From Ophelia neglecta (taxonomy: Eukaryota), in contig OZ260665.1 of assembly GCA_965285935.1 (NCBI GenBank), positions 10,292,001 to 10,356,000 on the forward strand: a stretch of DNA of 64,000 nucleotides. Reading direction: 5' to 3'. Shown piece after piece: positions 1-13,125 of the stretch; within the stretch, counting starts at the first letter, position 1; the number at the start of each line of letters is the position of its first letter. A program made the translations under genes and the position numbers. The notes beneath the pieces are model-generated. The model did not search any database. It saw only the letters and a program-made list of their open reading frames with translations, and had not been told where the DNA came from.

Positions 1-2729
1 GGACCGATCGGAAAAACAAGATGGCGGCCATGATTCATCAGGCAAGGTTTGTATGTCTCGCGAAATCTCTCAAACAGATAGAGGGATTATTCTGAAACTT
101 CATTGAAGCTATCAACGGGACACTGCGCACTGACCAGCCACCTCGCGAGACTTCAGCACTGCCCTGTGTTTAAACATTGAACATCTCGTTCGAAATCTCG
201 CTATGGTTTTGGAGTCTGAGATTTGGCCCTTATTTGGCCTGTCAGGGGGTAGCAGTATCGGGCCTGAATATAGCTGTTTCGCGCCATATGATAGCACTTC
301 ATTTGGTACGGGGTTTGTAGAGGAGGGCTTGCTCTCTATTTTCCTATTTAGACTGTCAAAATCGGTTGTTTTTGGGTAAAGATATAGCAAATTTTGTACA
401 TTATATATCAGAGAACATGAGCAAATGTGAATTATGCATTACTTTTCTAAGTTGGATCGATTTTTTCCACAAAGCAAATATGCACATTGATCATTGTCAT
501 CATGTAGCAATGATGTGAAGCCATCACCACTTGTGGATTTTTAGTGTACCCAGGGGGTTTGGCACCCCCCAGGGCCAAATCTCGCTAGGGTAAATTAGGC
601 ATTGGCTATTATGCTGGAAACAGCCATATTTAAATGCCAGTGCATGTTTTTTTCTATTAAGTGGAACATGAAGTTATTTTATTTATATTTTATAGCTGGA
701 CATCATTCATAGAGGCTATGGTTGGGTGGGGGTGGGTGGTGGTGGGCTGAAAGTGGGGATTTTTTTTTTGGGGGGGGGGGGGGGTTGGAGATGCGGCCAT
801 CTTTAAATGGCTATGATTTTTTGGTAGGATTTTTTGCAATAAGTTGATCATAGCATGAAGTTTTATATAAGCGTCACTAATGGTTGAAGAGGAGTTAATA
901 AACTATGATGAGGAAGGGAGGGGGGGGGGGGGCTAAGAAAAAATAATTTTCATATATTAGTTGGAATAAACCATGACCCTGCCTCTAACTGGGGCTGGGC
1001 TTTTTTTATCATTGCATAACCCATTTTGGCAATTATGTAATTATAACCCCCCCCCCACACACACACACACCCACCCCCACCCAGGGTTACAGCTGATCAC
1101 TACATAATGCCCCAAATTTGTTATTTATTCTTGGTACTGATACCTGAAAATGCTTTTATTATTAGAAAAACATTTTATTTAATGTGAACACACCTTAACA
1201 CCTTAACACTGTGCGTATGGCAGGGTGTGTGTGCAGGTGTGTGTGTGTGTGGGGGGGGGGGGGCATCATTCAATTTATGATTTTTGAAAACTCTCCAAAT
1301 TTGGCGAAGAGGAAACCTTGTTTGTTGTTGCTCCCTGTCCTGAGATTAGTTTATATTTTCTATTGGATTTGCGTAGATTTATTGGGGGCAGTGTATCTGC
1401 ATATGATTTAAATAACATTTTGTGCACATTTTATTCATTCACCTTTTTTCCAGATTCAGTCATAAGAAAACCGCTCCTTTAGCACTCTTCATAGTAAGTA
1501 GCAGATATTGGTATAGCCAAAGGCTGTGTCATATATTCATACAAAGTGCAGTCATTGCTTTTTCAAGTGAGCATGGGGAGGTATTTAAAGTTGATGGCTT
1601 TCTTTGTTACTTTGATTTTTGCCACCTGCTCTGTGGTAATTCAATCACCTAGTAGTCAGAGAAGCCAAGTTGCAAAATATCAGGAAGTTAAGAAAACAGC
1701 CCATCTGAAAAATTCTGCTTGATAAAGATCATCGCTGGTTACTGAATCACCTTCTCTCAGAGTTTAATGGCTGTGTTTCTTTCATATATCAAGGTATTGA
1801 CCTTTTTTGAGTGCTGTTCATGCTTTGATGTTTAATGAAAAACAAGGCAAACATAAACAAAGGAAAGAATTAGATCAGGCAAAGGAATAAAGTGATGAGC
1901 AAGTATTGAGTAATGAAGCAAATTCTGGGAGCCAGAATTTCAAAGATTTATATTCAATGGCCATATGTCTGAATAAATACATCTCAGACAAAGGAAAATA
2001 TAATTTAGAGAAATATTCAAAGAAGCCAACACTGTTAGAATCTTTGAATTTCTCTGATTTGATGACAGATATTAACCCAGTTATATGGAATTTCATGAAC
2101 ATTATTACCATGAGTAAGTCACAACTATCCAAACTAACTTTCAAAGGTGTTGATTGGAATTCACACTTAACTCTATTTGATGGCATTAAAGACTCTGCTT
2201 TTAGGAGCAGAGAATTTTCCAGGCGTGTTTTCATGGTTTACTCTTTAATGTATAACATGCGAGAGTAATACAGCTACCCTCTGCATGAGGTTTGTGCAGA
2301 TTTGATACATGCTTATAGTGGCAGCTATGAACTTATCTCTACCCTGAACCAGTTAGGTGTCTGTGCCTCGTCACAAACCCATTCCCGGTTTATGAAATGT
2401 GTTTTGCAAAATGAGAAAGCTTTAGGCGCCCCTTTAAGTAAGTTAGAGCCTAACACATTCACAACAGTGTCTGTTGACAATGTTGATAAACTTTCTCCCA
2501 GGGCTAGCATTAAATCATCTTAGCCAAATAGGGGTTGGAATGCCACTAGTATTTCGGCCGCTTAGCCAAAACCTTTTGGTCTCAAGCTGGACAGGGAAGA
2601 GACATTGTCTGCATCTCAACAAGTAAGTCATCCTGAGGCAAATTTGCTATTGAACACCAGACAAGCCTCCACTGCTACCCACGATACAACTATAGATAGA
2701 CAACTTCAGCCAAATTACCAGACTGTTCG

Positions 2730-3225
2730 TGTTTACCCAGATGGGTACTGTTTCTTTCGTGGCCTCGCAACTGCTGGTTCGGCTGATCTTCTGTCATGTA
2801 ACAGGGAAGCAACTGGATGGCCCACAAATACTGTTCTTGCTGAATTTGAATCTTTATCTAAAAAGATTAAAGAAATAATTGCCCAATGTATCATTTTGAA
2901 TAATGAGAGTTTAAATGAATCCCATGAATTAATTAAAAATCTTCTTCTGGAAGATGGCAATAATCAATTTTATGACAATTTCCTTGACCGTGCTGCTAAT
3001 GCTACTTATGCTGGCCTGCTTGAGCTGCTGGCAACCAGCTACATCTTGGGTTGCCCAGTTCATCTGTTCAAAACTGATGATAAGTCTAGATTAGCCAAGA
3101 TACATTCATTTTCATGCCCTATGGCTCTCAGACCACCAAATCATGAGCTCAGTTTTCTTTACACCCCTGAGAAGATTGAAGAGCATACTGGCATTTAGAA
3201 ACAAGGGCATTTGACTTGCTAGTCA
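2730..3225 (+). other. OTU-like cysteine protease domain remnant
   Basis: VYPDGYCFFRGLA (D-x-x-C box), YAGLLELLATSYILGCPVHLF, and a GH(F)DLL His box at ~3205-3222 recoverable with a 1-nt frameshift. Confidence 0.65.
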
Positions 3226-5729
3226 CCCGAAGTGATTTGGATAGACCAATATCCTTTATTGAACATGAGAAACCTTCCCTTTTTGATTTTTGGCAATTAC
3301 AAAATGGAAGAACTGATATATCATTTTCCAATTATCTAGAATTTTGTTTACCTCTTCCTCTTTGTGCCCCTGAAGCCTCGTCACTGCCCACACATGATGC
3401 CTCCTCACTGCCCAGTCAGTTACAAAACCCTATTGTTCTTCAGAATATATCCACAACAGAGACTGCCTCTGCTACTTGTATGGATAATGCAAGTGTTAGG
3501 TTTGATGTGTCCTGCTGTGATAGAGATCATGATTATGCTACACCAGGAAATTTTTCATCTGAATTTGAAGAACAAATTATACATAAAACATGTATAGTTG
3601 AACCTAGCATGCCCCTCTCCACTGACCACTCTTACTCCAACTGTGTTGATTCATCCACACCAATTATGCCTATTGACATGGACAATCGCAGCGGTCAATT
3701 GCCTGCAACATTCTACAAAGAAACTTGTGATGAGTCAGATGCTTTTGCTCAGTTTGTTTCAAAAGTTGAAAAGTACATATTGCAGCGTGACGTATCAGCA
3801 GAAAGCAGTGACTCTGGTGTACAGGTGCCTTTTACAGGCCTCATAGCCACATTGTATTTGGAAGATCAAACGCCTGTTGAAAAGTCCAATATTGTGTATA
3901 TGGAAATACTAAATTCTCCTGCTGACAATCGTGATACTATGAGACATGTCATTGATCAATTAGATCACCAGTTCATTAAGAGTGGTTTGTTTAAACATTT
4001 AGTTGTAGCAGGTGATGGTAAAACTTTTTTTGATGGTATTTTAATTCAATAAAAATGGAGTATGGAGATGATTTAAATTGGCTATTGCCTTTTATAGGCG
4101 ACTTTCATACAATTACATGCAGGCACTGAATAAAATTTATTGGGATGCGGGTTAAGCAGACATAGCTAAAGTCCTTATACACGGTGCAACACTGACATCT
4201 GTGAAGGCCTGCAGCAACCATCGCAGAAACCATGATTTTCTTTTGGGAAGCATTCTTCCAAAACCAGTTAAATGAGTTTTTCTTATGGAGGAAAGAGCAA
4301 GACAGGTCAAATTTTAGTTTCAAAGTGTGCCAAGGCGCTTCTAGACCAACATCCATCAAAATACAGTGACATATCCAAATTTGTAAGCCAGCAGTCCATT
4401 ATGATGCTACAGCTCCGAGGCTTCGCCAATGATTTCAAAAAATTTCGATCTCTAATGTCCCAGCAAAACAAATCTTTTCTCTTTTGGGATAGGTTCATCC
4501 ATCGTGACTGTTTGGTGTATATCGGAATGTGGATAGCTGTTCATAGTGGTAATTGGAACTTACGAATGAGCTGTCTGAAACAAATGTTACCACTCTTTAT
4601 GATAGCAGATAGACCGAACTACAGTAGAATCATCCCAAAACATCTCGTAGACATGACTATTTGGCCTCAGTATATCATGTCTAATTTTGAAGAAGGTGGC
4701 TTCTCAGTTAGCCTCAAAGGAACCCCTTACTCTTCATTGGCTTTGAATGTCATGAGAGTACAATTAATTTGAATTTTAAGGCTGCCCTGTCAAAAGGGGA
4801 CAAATCACAGGTTGCTTCATTGGTCACCTTCCTACCCTTTCGTGCCAAATTACTTGAAAATTTTATATACCAACTTTCACATAATTACCGGAGAAGTGAA
4901 CTTAGAGACGCTGAAGAAAGTTTCATCAAAATCTGTGCTGAAAATATTTTTTGTTATCAAGCCAAAATTGCTTCTTCAGGAGTTTTTTCAACCAATTGTG
5001 AAGAAGAAAAATTGAAACATATTTTTACTGGCAAACCTGCAGATCTTGCAGTGTCTGGTGATCTTTTGAATTTTTATGCTAACGGGGTGAAAAAGGCTGT
5101 TGATTTTATATCCGCAACATACATAAAACCATCCACAGTAAAACCAAAATTGTCATGTTCAAATTTAAAAACCTTTGCCCCAGTCAACTGTGTTAAAGCG
5201 AAGAATATTCACGTCTGAACAAAGACAATAAGCTTCTGATGACATGATTCAAGAACCTAGTATCTCACTCCCATTCTTCTAATACTGCCATAGATCAGGT
5301 TGGCCAACTTCTAGAGCTTCCAAGAGCAATTTCTCTTCAAAACGGTTTACCCTTGAAAAGATCCAAGGCATTTGCTACAAAATTTTATGAAACTAGATTT
5401 TCAGAATTAACCACATCCCTTTTCTCTGACTCTTTAGAACCGAACCATGGGCTGCAATGTGCTATTTTTGGATGCAATGTTTTTGATTCATTCTCCTCCT
5501 TTAGGTTCTTATGTATCATTTGCTCATTATGCACAATTTCTTTTGAGGAGGTGGGTCTCTGATTACTTCAAACTAAGTTTTAGTCAAGTGCATGTTTTGT
5601 TTGATGACCCAAACAGAAATGGTATTTCTCCCAAAGATATTGAACGGCAAAGAAGGACAGGTGATACTGTAAAAGTAAGTTCTCCCGCGTTATATCTGGA
5701 AATAACATCCGAAACGCCATTACCCACTA

Positions 5730-6414
5730 TTATTATCACTTACGAGGGCATTACCTGTAGGATAGCTCTATTTTACATGGGCGGTAAAACAGCATAACCG
5801 TTGACTGGTGACGTCAGAGCCAGTCCGCTAATGAGAGGCAGTCCGTTTTCATTAGCGGACTGGAGATTCCCATTTCTTATATACATGTTCATTAGTGACG
5901 TTAAGCCGGGTGTTTCGATTATAATGATTAACCTTTAAATGCATTTATTAATATATATTACCAGGAAATAGCTAAATTACAAGATTTGACTACAAATATG
6001 TATATAAAATGTTTATTTTGATCATATTGTTTTTTGAGAAAATTGGATGAATATTGCGTAGCAGGACAAAAGTCGGCATATACATATCTCAAGCATAAGT
6101 AGTATTACCTAGCAGTCTTCTGGTGCCTATCACTGCTATAGAATACATATACTACTCGATAGGATACACAAAGCGGGGGCTATATTTCTTTCACGTGGAC
6201 ACCGGAACGTCATTTAAGAAAGTGATAATAATAGTAATAACATGATTTTGACGGGCGTTACGCTACTTCAGTGTCCCTCCATAAATTATTAGCAGCCCTT
6301 CATAGTCATAGCACCCTCGGCTACGCCTCGGTCGCTATGACTATGGCGGGCTGCTAATAATTTATGTCGGGCCACTGATATAGCGTAACGGCCTGCAAAA
6401 TCATGTTATTGGTA
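5730..6414. mobile_element. Non-autonomous insertion with 14-bp asymmetric inverted repeat and 175-bp terminal hairpin
   Basis: Flanked by TA; removal rejoins PLPT-SGWADFLDNSSNK in frame; TATTATTATCACTT 5728-5741 inverted at 6220-6233; imperfect palindrome 6236-6410. Confidence 0.75.
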
Positions 6415-7333
6415 TAGTGGTTGGGCTGATTTCCTAGATAACAGTAGTAACAAACCCTCCCTTACATCATTTCTTTGCCAATACATCAAGGAGAAGGGCA
6501 GCCAATTCTGTCAAGGAAACCAAAGTATTGTGGTGTCTGGTGGTTTTCTACACAGTTGTCGGGACAAAGCATACATGATTTCTTTATCAGGCACTGCTGA
6601 ATTGCCTCACCTGACTTCCAATCATGAAGAAACTGATTCACGTGGCTTCATGTAAACTACAGTAAATTCAGAAATATTTTAGTTTTTTCACCTGACACAG
6701 ATGTCTATCACATTGGATCCCCATTAATGAATTTATTCCGTGAAGCAAAAGTCACGATTCAACTGAATAACAAATTTGGACATGACAAGTACTTAAACCG
6801 GAACAAGTTATGTGACTGTGTGCTAAATGACCCTGACCTTACCTGTATCAAACAATTCAGCCAACGATTGAAATATCAACAATTGATTTTTATTACATCT
6901 GGATGTGACTACACTTCATTCTTTCATGGTGTTGGGAAAGCAACCTTTATGAAGCGTGCTTTTCAATATGCAGACTTCATTTTCAATTGTAAATTAGCCC
7001 ATGACTGCAGTTCTGTTGCTTCTAGCTGTCTGATTCCAAATGTTCCGGCTGTGTGTGCTCTGTGTTCAGATGTGCCAGGGTCGTCTCTTTGTGTTAGTTG
7101 CAACTCTGAGTTTGAACTGTCTCTGCAATCCTTTTATAGATTGATAGGCTGCATGTACTTTCACGTGTATATTACTGCTTTCTCAGAGGACTCCCCCGTT
7201 ACCCATATTTCACTGCATTTGTATCGCCTCTACTAAATAATAACCTGGCCTCATCTACTGCTCACTCTCTGTGGCTTCAAGAAATCCGAATATAGAGTTG
7301 GGAGCACAGCTCCCATGAGGACAGTTGTCTTCC

Positions 7334-7677
7334 CCCGGGGGGGGTACTCCCATTATCCGGCATACTGGGTATGTGCGGCCGAGAAGGGTCGTTTTTCCTC
7401 AAAACTTCCCTAAACCAAGGGTACCTAATAAAGGGTATGGTTTCTAGAAAAAAATTCATCCTGTTGGGCATGATTCTGAATTGCCTAGGGCAGTGAATAA
7501 CCTGTATTCCATTCCACGAGGTTACATGTATGTCATAACAAAGTGCCAAGTTTGAAGTCAAAATGTCCCTAAATCAAGGGTAGGTTTGAAGTCATAATGT
7601 CCCTAATTCAAGGGTAGGGTTTGCCAGGTACCAGCCGCACACCCCCACCCAAAAATAATGGGAGTACCCCCCCCGGG
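7334..7677. mobile_element. MITE with 8-bp target-site duplication
   Basis: TIR CCCGGGGGGG(G)TACTCCCATTA at both ends; TGTCTTCC duplicated at 7326-7333 and 7678-7685. Confidence 0.9.
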
Positions 7678-7972
7678 TGTCTTCCCTGAAGTCCTTAGAT
7701 TACACTGGTTTAGATCAGTTTGGGTTCTCCTTTTCTGGCAGCAGGCTTGTGCTAATGATGTCTGAGAATCATATTTTTAATCTATGTGTCTTACTAGTAT
7801 TGGATAAAATAGATACACGAATACAATCAGCCAGACACTGCTTATTTGAACAATGCTTTTGTCAAGAAATGCATGAACAAGATGGCGATTTCTCCCTTTG
7901 TAAAGTTTAAATATGAGGAAGCATCATTAATTATGATATTTTAAAATATGAATGTTCTTTCCTTTGTGTTAG

Positions 7973-8327
7973 GTATCAGGGTGTGCTCAGGCAGCCACGG
8001 ATGGTTGTCATCAGCGGGGGAATCAATGACAGGTCCCTTTCCACACAGCAGGCCCTGCAGGGCCTTGCTAGTCTGGTTCAGAGTGCCTGTCAAGCCTTCC
8101 CCTTGTCTGCTCTCTGCTTTCCCAAGCTGACCTTCAGCCCTGACCTGCTCTACCATGAGAAGGTGATTCTGTTGGCCATCAACAGGTACCTAGATGGATG
8201 TCAAGGTGTGAGGGTACTCCCCGCCCTCCCCCAGAGCCAGTTCCACACGACCAAGGACCATGTGCACTGGACAGAGGAAACGGCCAACCGCCTCCTTGTT
8301 CACTGGCTGACTTGTGTCAGGTTTTAA
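7973..8327 (+). pseudogene. Isolated exon encoding the C-terminal half of an SGNH/GDSL hydrolase-like domain
   Basis: VVISGGINDR (GxND block III) and KDHVHW (DxxH block V); acceptor tttgtgttag at 7972; GC-richer than flanks; GDS block not found. Confidence 0.5.
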
Positions 8328-9380
8328 ATATTTTATTTTTCAGGTATACAAATTGCTCTTTAAAGAGCTAAGTATGTTGAAGGTATGACTTGATTTATTA
8401 TAAATATAGGGTAACACATTTAATAAAGCATTTCAAAATCTCTAATTTGTAAGCATTTTTATGGATGAACTACATGTCCCCAGCCATGTATGTTTTGTGA
8501 AAGTCTTTGTTTTTGCCTATGTTTACTGTGCCTTGACAGTAAATGGAAAATAGGGGAAATGAAATTTGTGTAACACATGTATAATCAACCTTCAATTTAG
8601 GATAATCATGCAATATGACTTTCCAGTACGGTACTTTATTGTTTACTGTAAGTTCAAAACACCAGTAATTGGCTAGAAATCCCCTTTAGGTTGCTGAGAA
8701 ATTTTCTTTCAAAAAAATGTAAAAATTGAGTTGAATATTAAAAACATCCTTTAAAATGTTCATTTTTTTCTAGCACTCAAAATTTTTCAATCTAAGTGAC
8801 AAATATTCCACAATTTTAAACAAGCATGACTTATTTCTTCCTTTCAATAACTCTTACAGCCAAAAACAAAGACTTTCATCTAATATTTTAATGTATGATA
8901 TTAAAGATGATAATATTGGGTGGGGGGCATGATCATGGATAGGTTGCAATGATTTAATTGGCTTATTACACTTTTCTATGGTTATGTGGGAGCAAAAAAG
9001 CTGCAAAATAAAATCCTTTCTTTAAACTTAAACTTTCGATTTGTTAATGATTAGAACAATTGGCATTGGCTTTAAGGCATTCATAAAAATCATGTTTTGT
9101 TTCAATAGTATTCTGTAAAACACTTCAATGTCACAGCCCTTTAATAGTATTTGCAGTGTTGGCACTATTGAGCATTCTTTAAACTTAATAATATAAAATG
9201 GCCTGGAGACCGCTGAGAACAGGCAAATGTTTAATGATGTTATCAAATAAAAATCTATGATGTTGATGTTTTCGCTTGTTGTGTGACTTTGTAAAAAAAG
9301 GGATATTTTTCATTCTTCCTTTACTAATTGGAAAACTATATTGACCCTGACTGCCTATTTTGAATAAATAAATCTTTATA

Positions 9381-9558
9381 CAGTGAAACCTGGTCTAAAG
9401 GGCACCTGGAAATTAGGGGCCCCTGATAATTAGGGACAGCTACATTAGAACCCAACAAATCGTTTTATATGTAAAATAACCTTGAAATTAGGGGCACCTT
9501 AGAAAACAGGGCACTTTAACACAGTCCCTTGCCTGTCCCTAATTTCCAAGTTTCTCTG
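9381..9558. mobile_element. Tc1/mariner-type MITE (degenerate)
   Basis: TA|CAGTGAAACCTG left end, CAAGTTTCTCTG right end, internal aattagggg repeats. Confidence 0.55.
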
Positions 9559-10365
9559 TTCTTGGCTGATTACTAGATAATTGCCCTGAGTGTATATAGA
9601 TCTAGTCAGTGTAAAGACATTTTGTATGTTGTACACCAGAATAATTTGTAGGGTTTAATGACAGTACTTGCTTGCTTTGGAATAATTTTGTGCCAGGGAA
9701 TGGTGGCAATTCTGCTGTGAGGTACATTAAGGAGTAGGTCATAATTTATCATTTTGGGCAGCAAATTTAAAACCCCTTCTGCATTCACAAATATAGCCAG
9801 ACTTCATGGTTAAGTTACAGTATACATTTTGAGAGTTTTATCCTCTTATGGTAAAAATGATTACGCTGGATTAAATTTGCCCTTTTGCAAAATAATTACA
9901 AGCCACCTGTTTTTTTTTAACTTTGTGGATAGACAAAAAGGCCCTCAATATGCATTAAAGGATGATCAATTTTTGCTAGATTCACAAATTTAAACATGCA
10001 CGAGAATACAAACTAGGCCTTTTTTTGGCCGAAGTAATCTAATTAGCACAACTTTTTGGTTTGAAACGAAGAGGCCAAACTAGGGCCAATAAGGGGGCAG
10101 TGGCTAAGAACCACCCCGGACCTTCCATAGTAAATGACCACAAGCCCCTTAAAATATTTGATAGCCTTTATCAGTATTATAAATTATTTTCGATGGCTAT
10201 ATATATTAATTAAAAGTGACAATAGTTTATTCATTCCATTGAAAAACAAAATATTCTTTGACGCGAGCACTGATCTACAGAAAAACGCTTTTATAAGTTT
10301 CTAAGGTTCCCACCTCCAATACTGAAATAAGTAAACAAACCGAACTGAACTTGGCCTTGCCCACA

Positions 10366-10520
10366 TCCACTCTAACAGGGTGGCCTCTCCTCTGCTGAGT
10401 GCTCTGTAGAAGGCGCGGTCAAACCCGGTCTCGCATATCCGATGCTGCCACAAGCTGCATCTATCACACTGGAGGGCCTCCTGTCTCGGTCGAAAGTTCT
10501 GGTCGCACACTACACACTTG
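10366..10520 (-). pseudogene. PHD-finger fragment, probably transposon derived
   Basis: CVVC..RPRQEALQCDRCSLWQHRIC..G pattern; terminal Cys pair missing. Confidence 0.6.
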
Positions 10521-11316
10521 TGGTCATCAATGTCGATAGAAGACTGAATGACCAACCCTCAGAATCTACCTCTATAATACCCCCAAGAAAGATGATCAAA
10601 GTTTATGTTGATTCTCCAACCGCCACACCTGCTTCATCTAAATGCAATTTAATCACTGTTACCGAGTATCTAAGGAGTTGATGGATTGATATTATGTGCT
10701 CATTTGTTTCACAGCTTACAGGCACGGAGTCGCACCTCTGTATTTGTTTGCGTTGAGCGCCGGGATCAAAAGACTTCTAGCACCGAGGCGATAAAAACTC
10801 AGTGTGCCTGGATCAACGGATCTCTTTCATGTTGCATTATTTGATGTTTCATCTTCCCAAGTGTTCACTTTTCCGAATACAACTTGCAATTCACTTAAAC
10901 TAGGCTGGGCAGTGTAATCAGATCATGATAATTGATTGATGACTACGCCTTGTGAGCATACAGTGATAATTAGCTTATTGTTTTGGATTGTAGCTGTTAT
11001 AAAGATTTTTGGTAAATTTAATTTGTTTTAATTGTCAAAGACTGTGATAATTTGTAGTTTTTATTAATGCCTAGTTACACCAAATCATACCAAATAGAAA
11101 GGTAATTATTAGGGTGCGAGGACATTCTCTCATTTTTCCGACCGCTTCGCTGGTATAAACAATTAACGACAACTGGAGGGTGAATTTTTTTTATTTCTTT
11201 AGTTTCTTTCTTTATTATGTTCAAATCCCCTTTCGGCATGATGTTCTTCTGGGTCCTGTAATATAAGATTCAAAATCGCACAAGACAATCTGAAACACCC
11301 AGGCTAGCTGATACAG

Positions 11317-11430
11317 GTGGGGCGAGCTGGTACCTGTAGGTGGGGCGACCTGGTCTATGTGAATGGGGCGAGTTGGTAGTAAGTAGGGCGAGGTGGTTGG
11401 GGCGAGTTAGTAGTTGGGGCGAGTCGACTA
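11317..11430. repeat. Short tandem GGGGCGAG(T/C)TGG repeats
   Basis: About six ggggcga units seen directly. Confidence 0.7.
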
Positions 11431-11914
11431 TAAATCCACAACATTATGCCCCTCCTGACTTACCTAACTACTAAGTTGGATCGATTTTTTCCACAAGGCC
11501 CCCAGCAACCAAATTTTCACAGGTTATTCATTAGGACTTGTATTTTCATTTAATATCAAAAGCTAGAGTACCCCGCCATAACTTTTTTTATCTAGAGTGA
11601 AAATAGTGAAAATAAGTGAACAAAAATACTGGTCCTCGCGGACGTCTTCTTTGTGTTCGTGGGGCCATTAGTATAACCCAGAAGCTGAAACTAAGTATTT
11701 TTTTTGTTGAATATGAAAGCAGATATATATGACTTTGTATTCTACAAAAAAAGTTATGAAAATAATAATAACTACTCGGCACAGGCCCCATTTTACGGGA
11801 AAAGGTTTCAGGCATTTTTTCGCGAAGCCATGACACCTTTTTCTGACGTCAGACCGTGGCCCGATGTTCAATGTTTTTGTAACACATTTGAGGTGGCGGG
11901 TCAGTGCGGGTTAG

Positions 11915-13125
11915 TATTTTAAACACTAATAGGAAACCTGTGAGATAGGCATATAAAATGTTTTAAACACTAATAGGAAATCATTCACAAGGAATCCAGT
12001 GGTGTCCTTGAATTTCACCTCGGGTTTATTTTTTTCATATTGTTTTCGGACCGATCTGAAAAACAAGAAGGCCGCCACGATTCATCAGGCAAGGTTTGTA
12101 CGTCGCGCGAAATCTCTCGAACGGATGCAGGGATTATTCCGAAAGTTCATGGAAGTCATCAATGGGATATTGCGGTGAGCTGAAAAGGTTTTGGGCGAGA
12201 TCGGATAAACAAGATGGCCGCCGAGGGCAATTGTTTAGAAATGCATTAACATGGGATCTTTTGGAAGCTTAACGGTGTGAGATAGCCACATAATATGTAT
12301 TGAACACTAAAAGGAAATCATATACAAGAAATCCAGTGGTGTCCTTGAATTTCACCTTGGGTTTATTTTTCAAGGTCAAATCTTAACGGTGAGAGCTAGG
12401 CATATACAATGTTTTGAACACTAATAGGACACGTGTGAGATAGGCACATAATATGTATTGAACACTAATAGGAAATCATATACAAGGAATCCAGTGGTGT
12501 CCTTGAATTTCAGCTTGGGTTTATTTTTCATGGTCAAATCTTAACAGTGAGAGATAGGCATATAAAATGTTTTAAACACTAATAGGAAATCATACACAAG
12601 GAATCCAGTGGTGTCCTTGAATTTCACCTTGGGTTTATTTTTCAAGGTCAAATCTTAACGGTGAGAGATAGGCATATACAATGTTTTGAACACTAATAGG
12701 AAACATGTGAGATAGGCACATAATATGTATTGAACACTAATAGGAAATCATATACAAGGAATCCAGTGGTGTCATTGAATTTCACTTTGGGTTTATTTTT
12801 CAAGGTCAAATCTTAACGTTGAGAGATAGGCATATACAATGTTTTGAACACTAATAGGACACGTGTGAGATAGGCACATAATATGTGTTGAACACTAATC
12901 AGAAATCATATACAAGGAATCCAGTGGTGACCTTGAATTTCAGCTTGGGTTTATTTTTCATGGTCAAATCTTAACAGTGAGATATAGGCATATAAAATGT
13001 TTTGAACACTAATAGGAAACATGTGAGATAGGCACATAATATGTATTGAACACTAATAGGAAATCATACACAAGGAATACAGTGGTGTCCTTGAATTTCA
13101 CCTTGGGTTTATTTTTCAAGGTCAT
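11915..13125. repeat. 158-bp satellite array (one 114-bp unit) with associated CAAGATGGCCGCC-type segment
   Basis: ca(a/t)ggtca anchor at 12371, 12529, 12643, 12801, 12959, 13117; segment 12048-12172 is also present at 1-127. Confidence 0.85.

Larger units (their letters stand above)
1906..7330 (+). pseudogene. Fragmented Academ-type protein: DDE transposase + OTU-like insert + XPG/PIN-like nuclease
   Basis: Collinear + strand fragments: VSVDNVD (~2467), LVVAGDGKTF (~4000), WLLPFIGDFH (~4078), SGNWNLR..LKQMLPLF..DRPNYSR, GGFSVS, FLDAMFLIH, VLFDDP, SNHEETDSR (~6617), FSPDTDVYHIG (~6685), GCDYTSFFHGVGKATF (~6901). Many stops, frameshifts and two insertions; start uncertain. Confidence 0.75.
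126..11908 (+). mobile_element. Decayed Academ (AcademX-like) DNA transposon with terminal inverted repeats
   Basis: TIR CGCACTGACC(A/C)GCCACCTC at 126-144 and inverted at 11890-11908 (1 mismatch); second inverted block AAACATTGAACATC 172-185 / 11863-11876; encloses Academ-type transposase/XPG remnants. No clear TSD. Confidence 0.65.

Noticed and set aside
11915-13125. Regular repeats suggestive of a CRISPR array
   Set aside because: Whole monomers repeat with no unique spacers, no cas genes, eukaryotic context.
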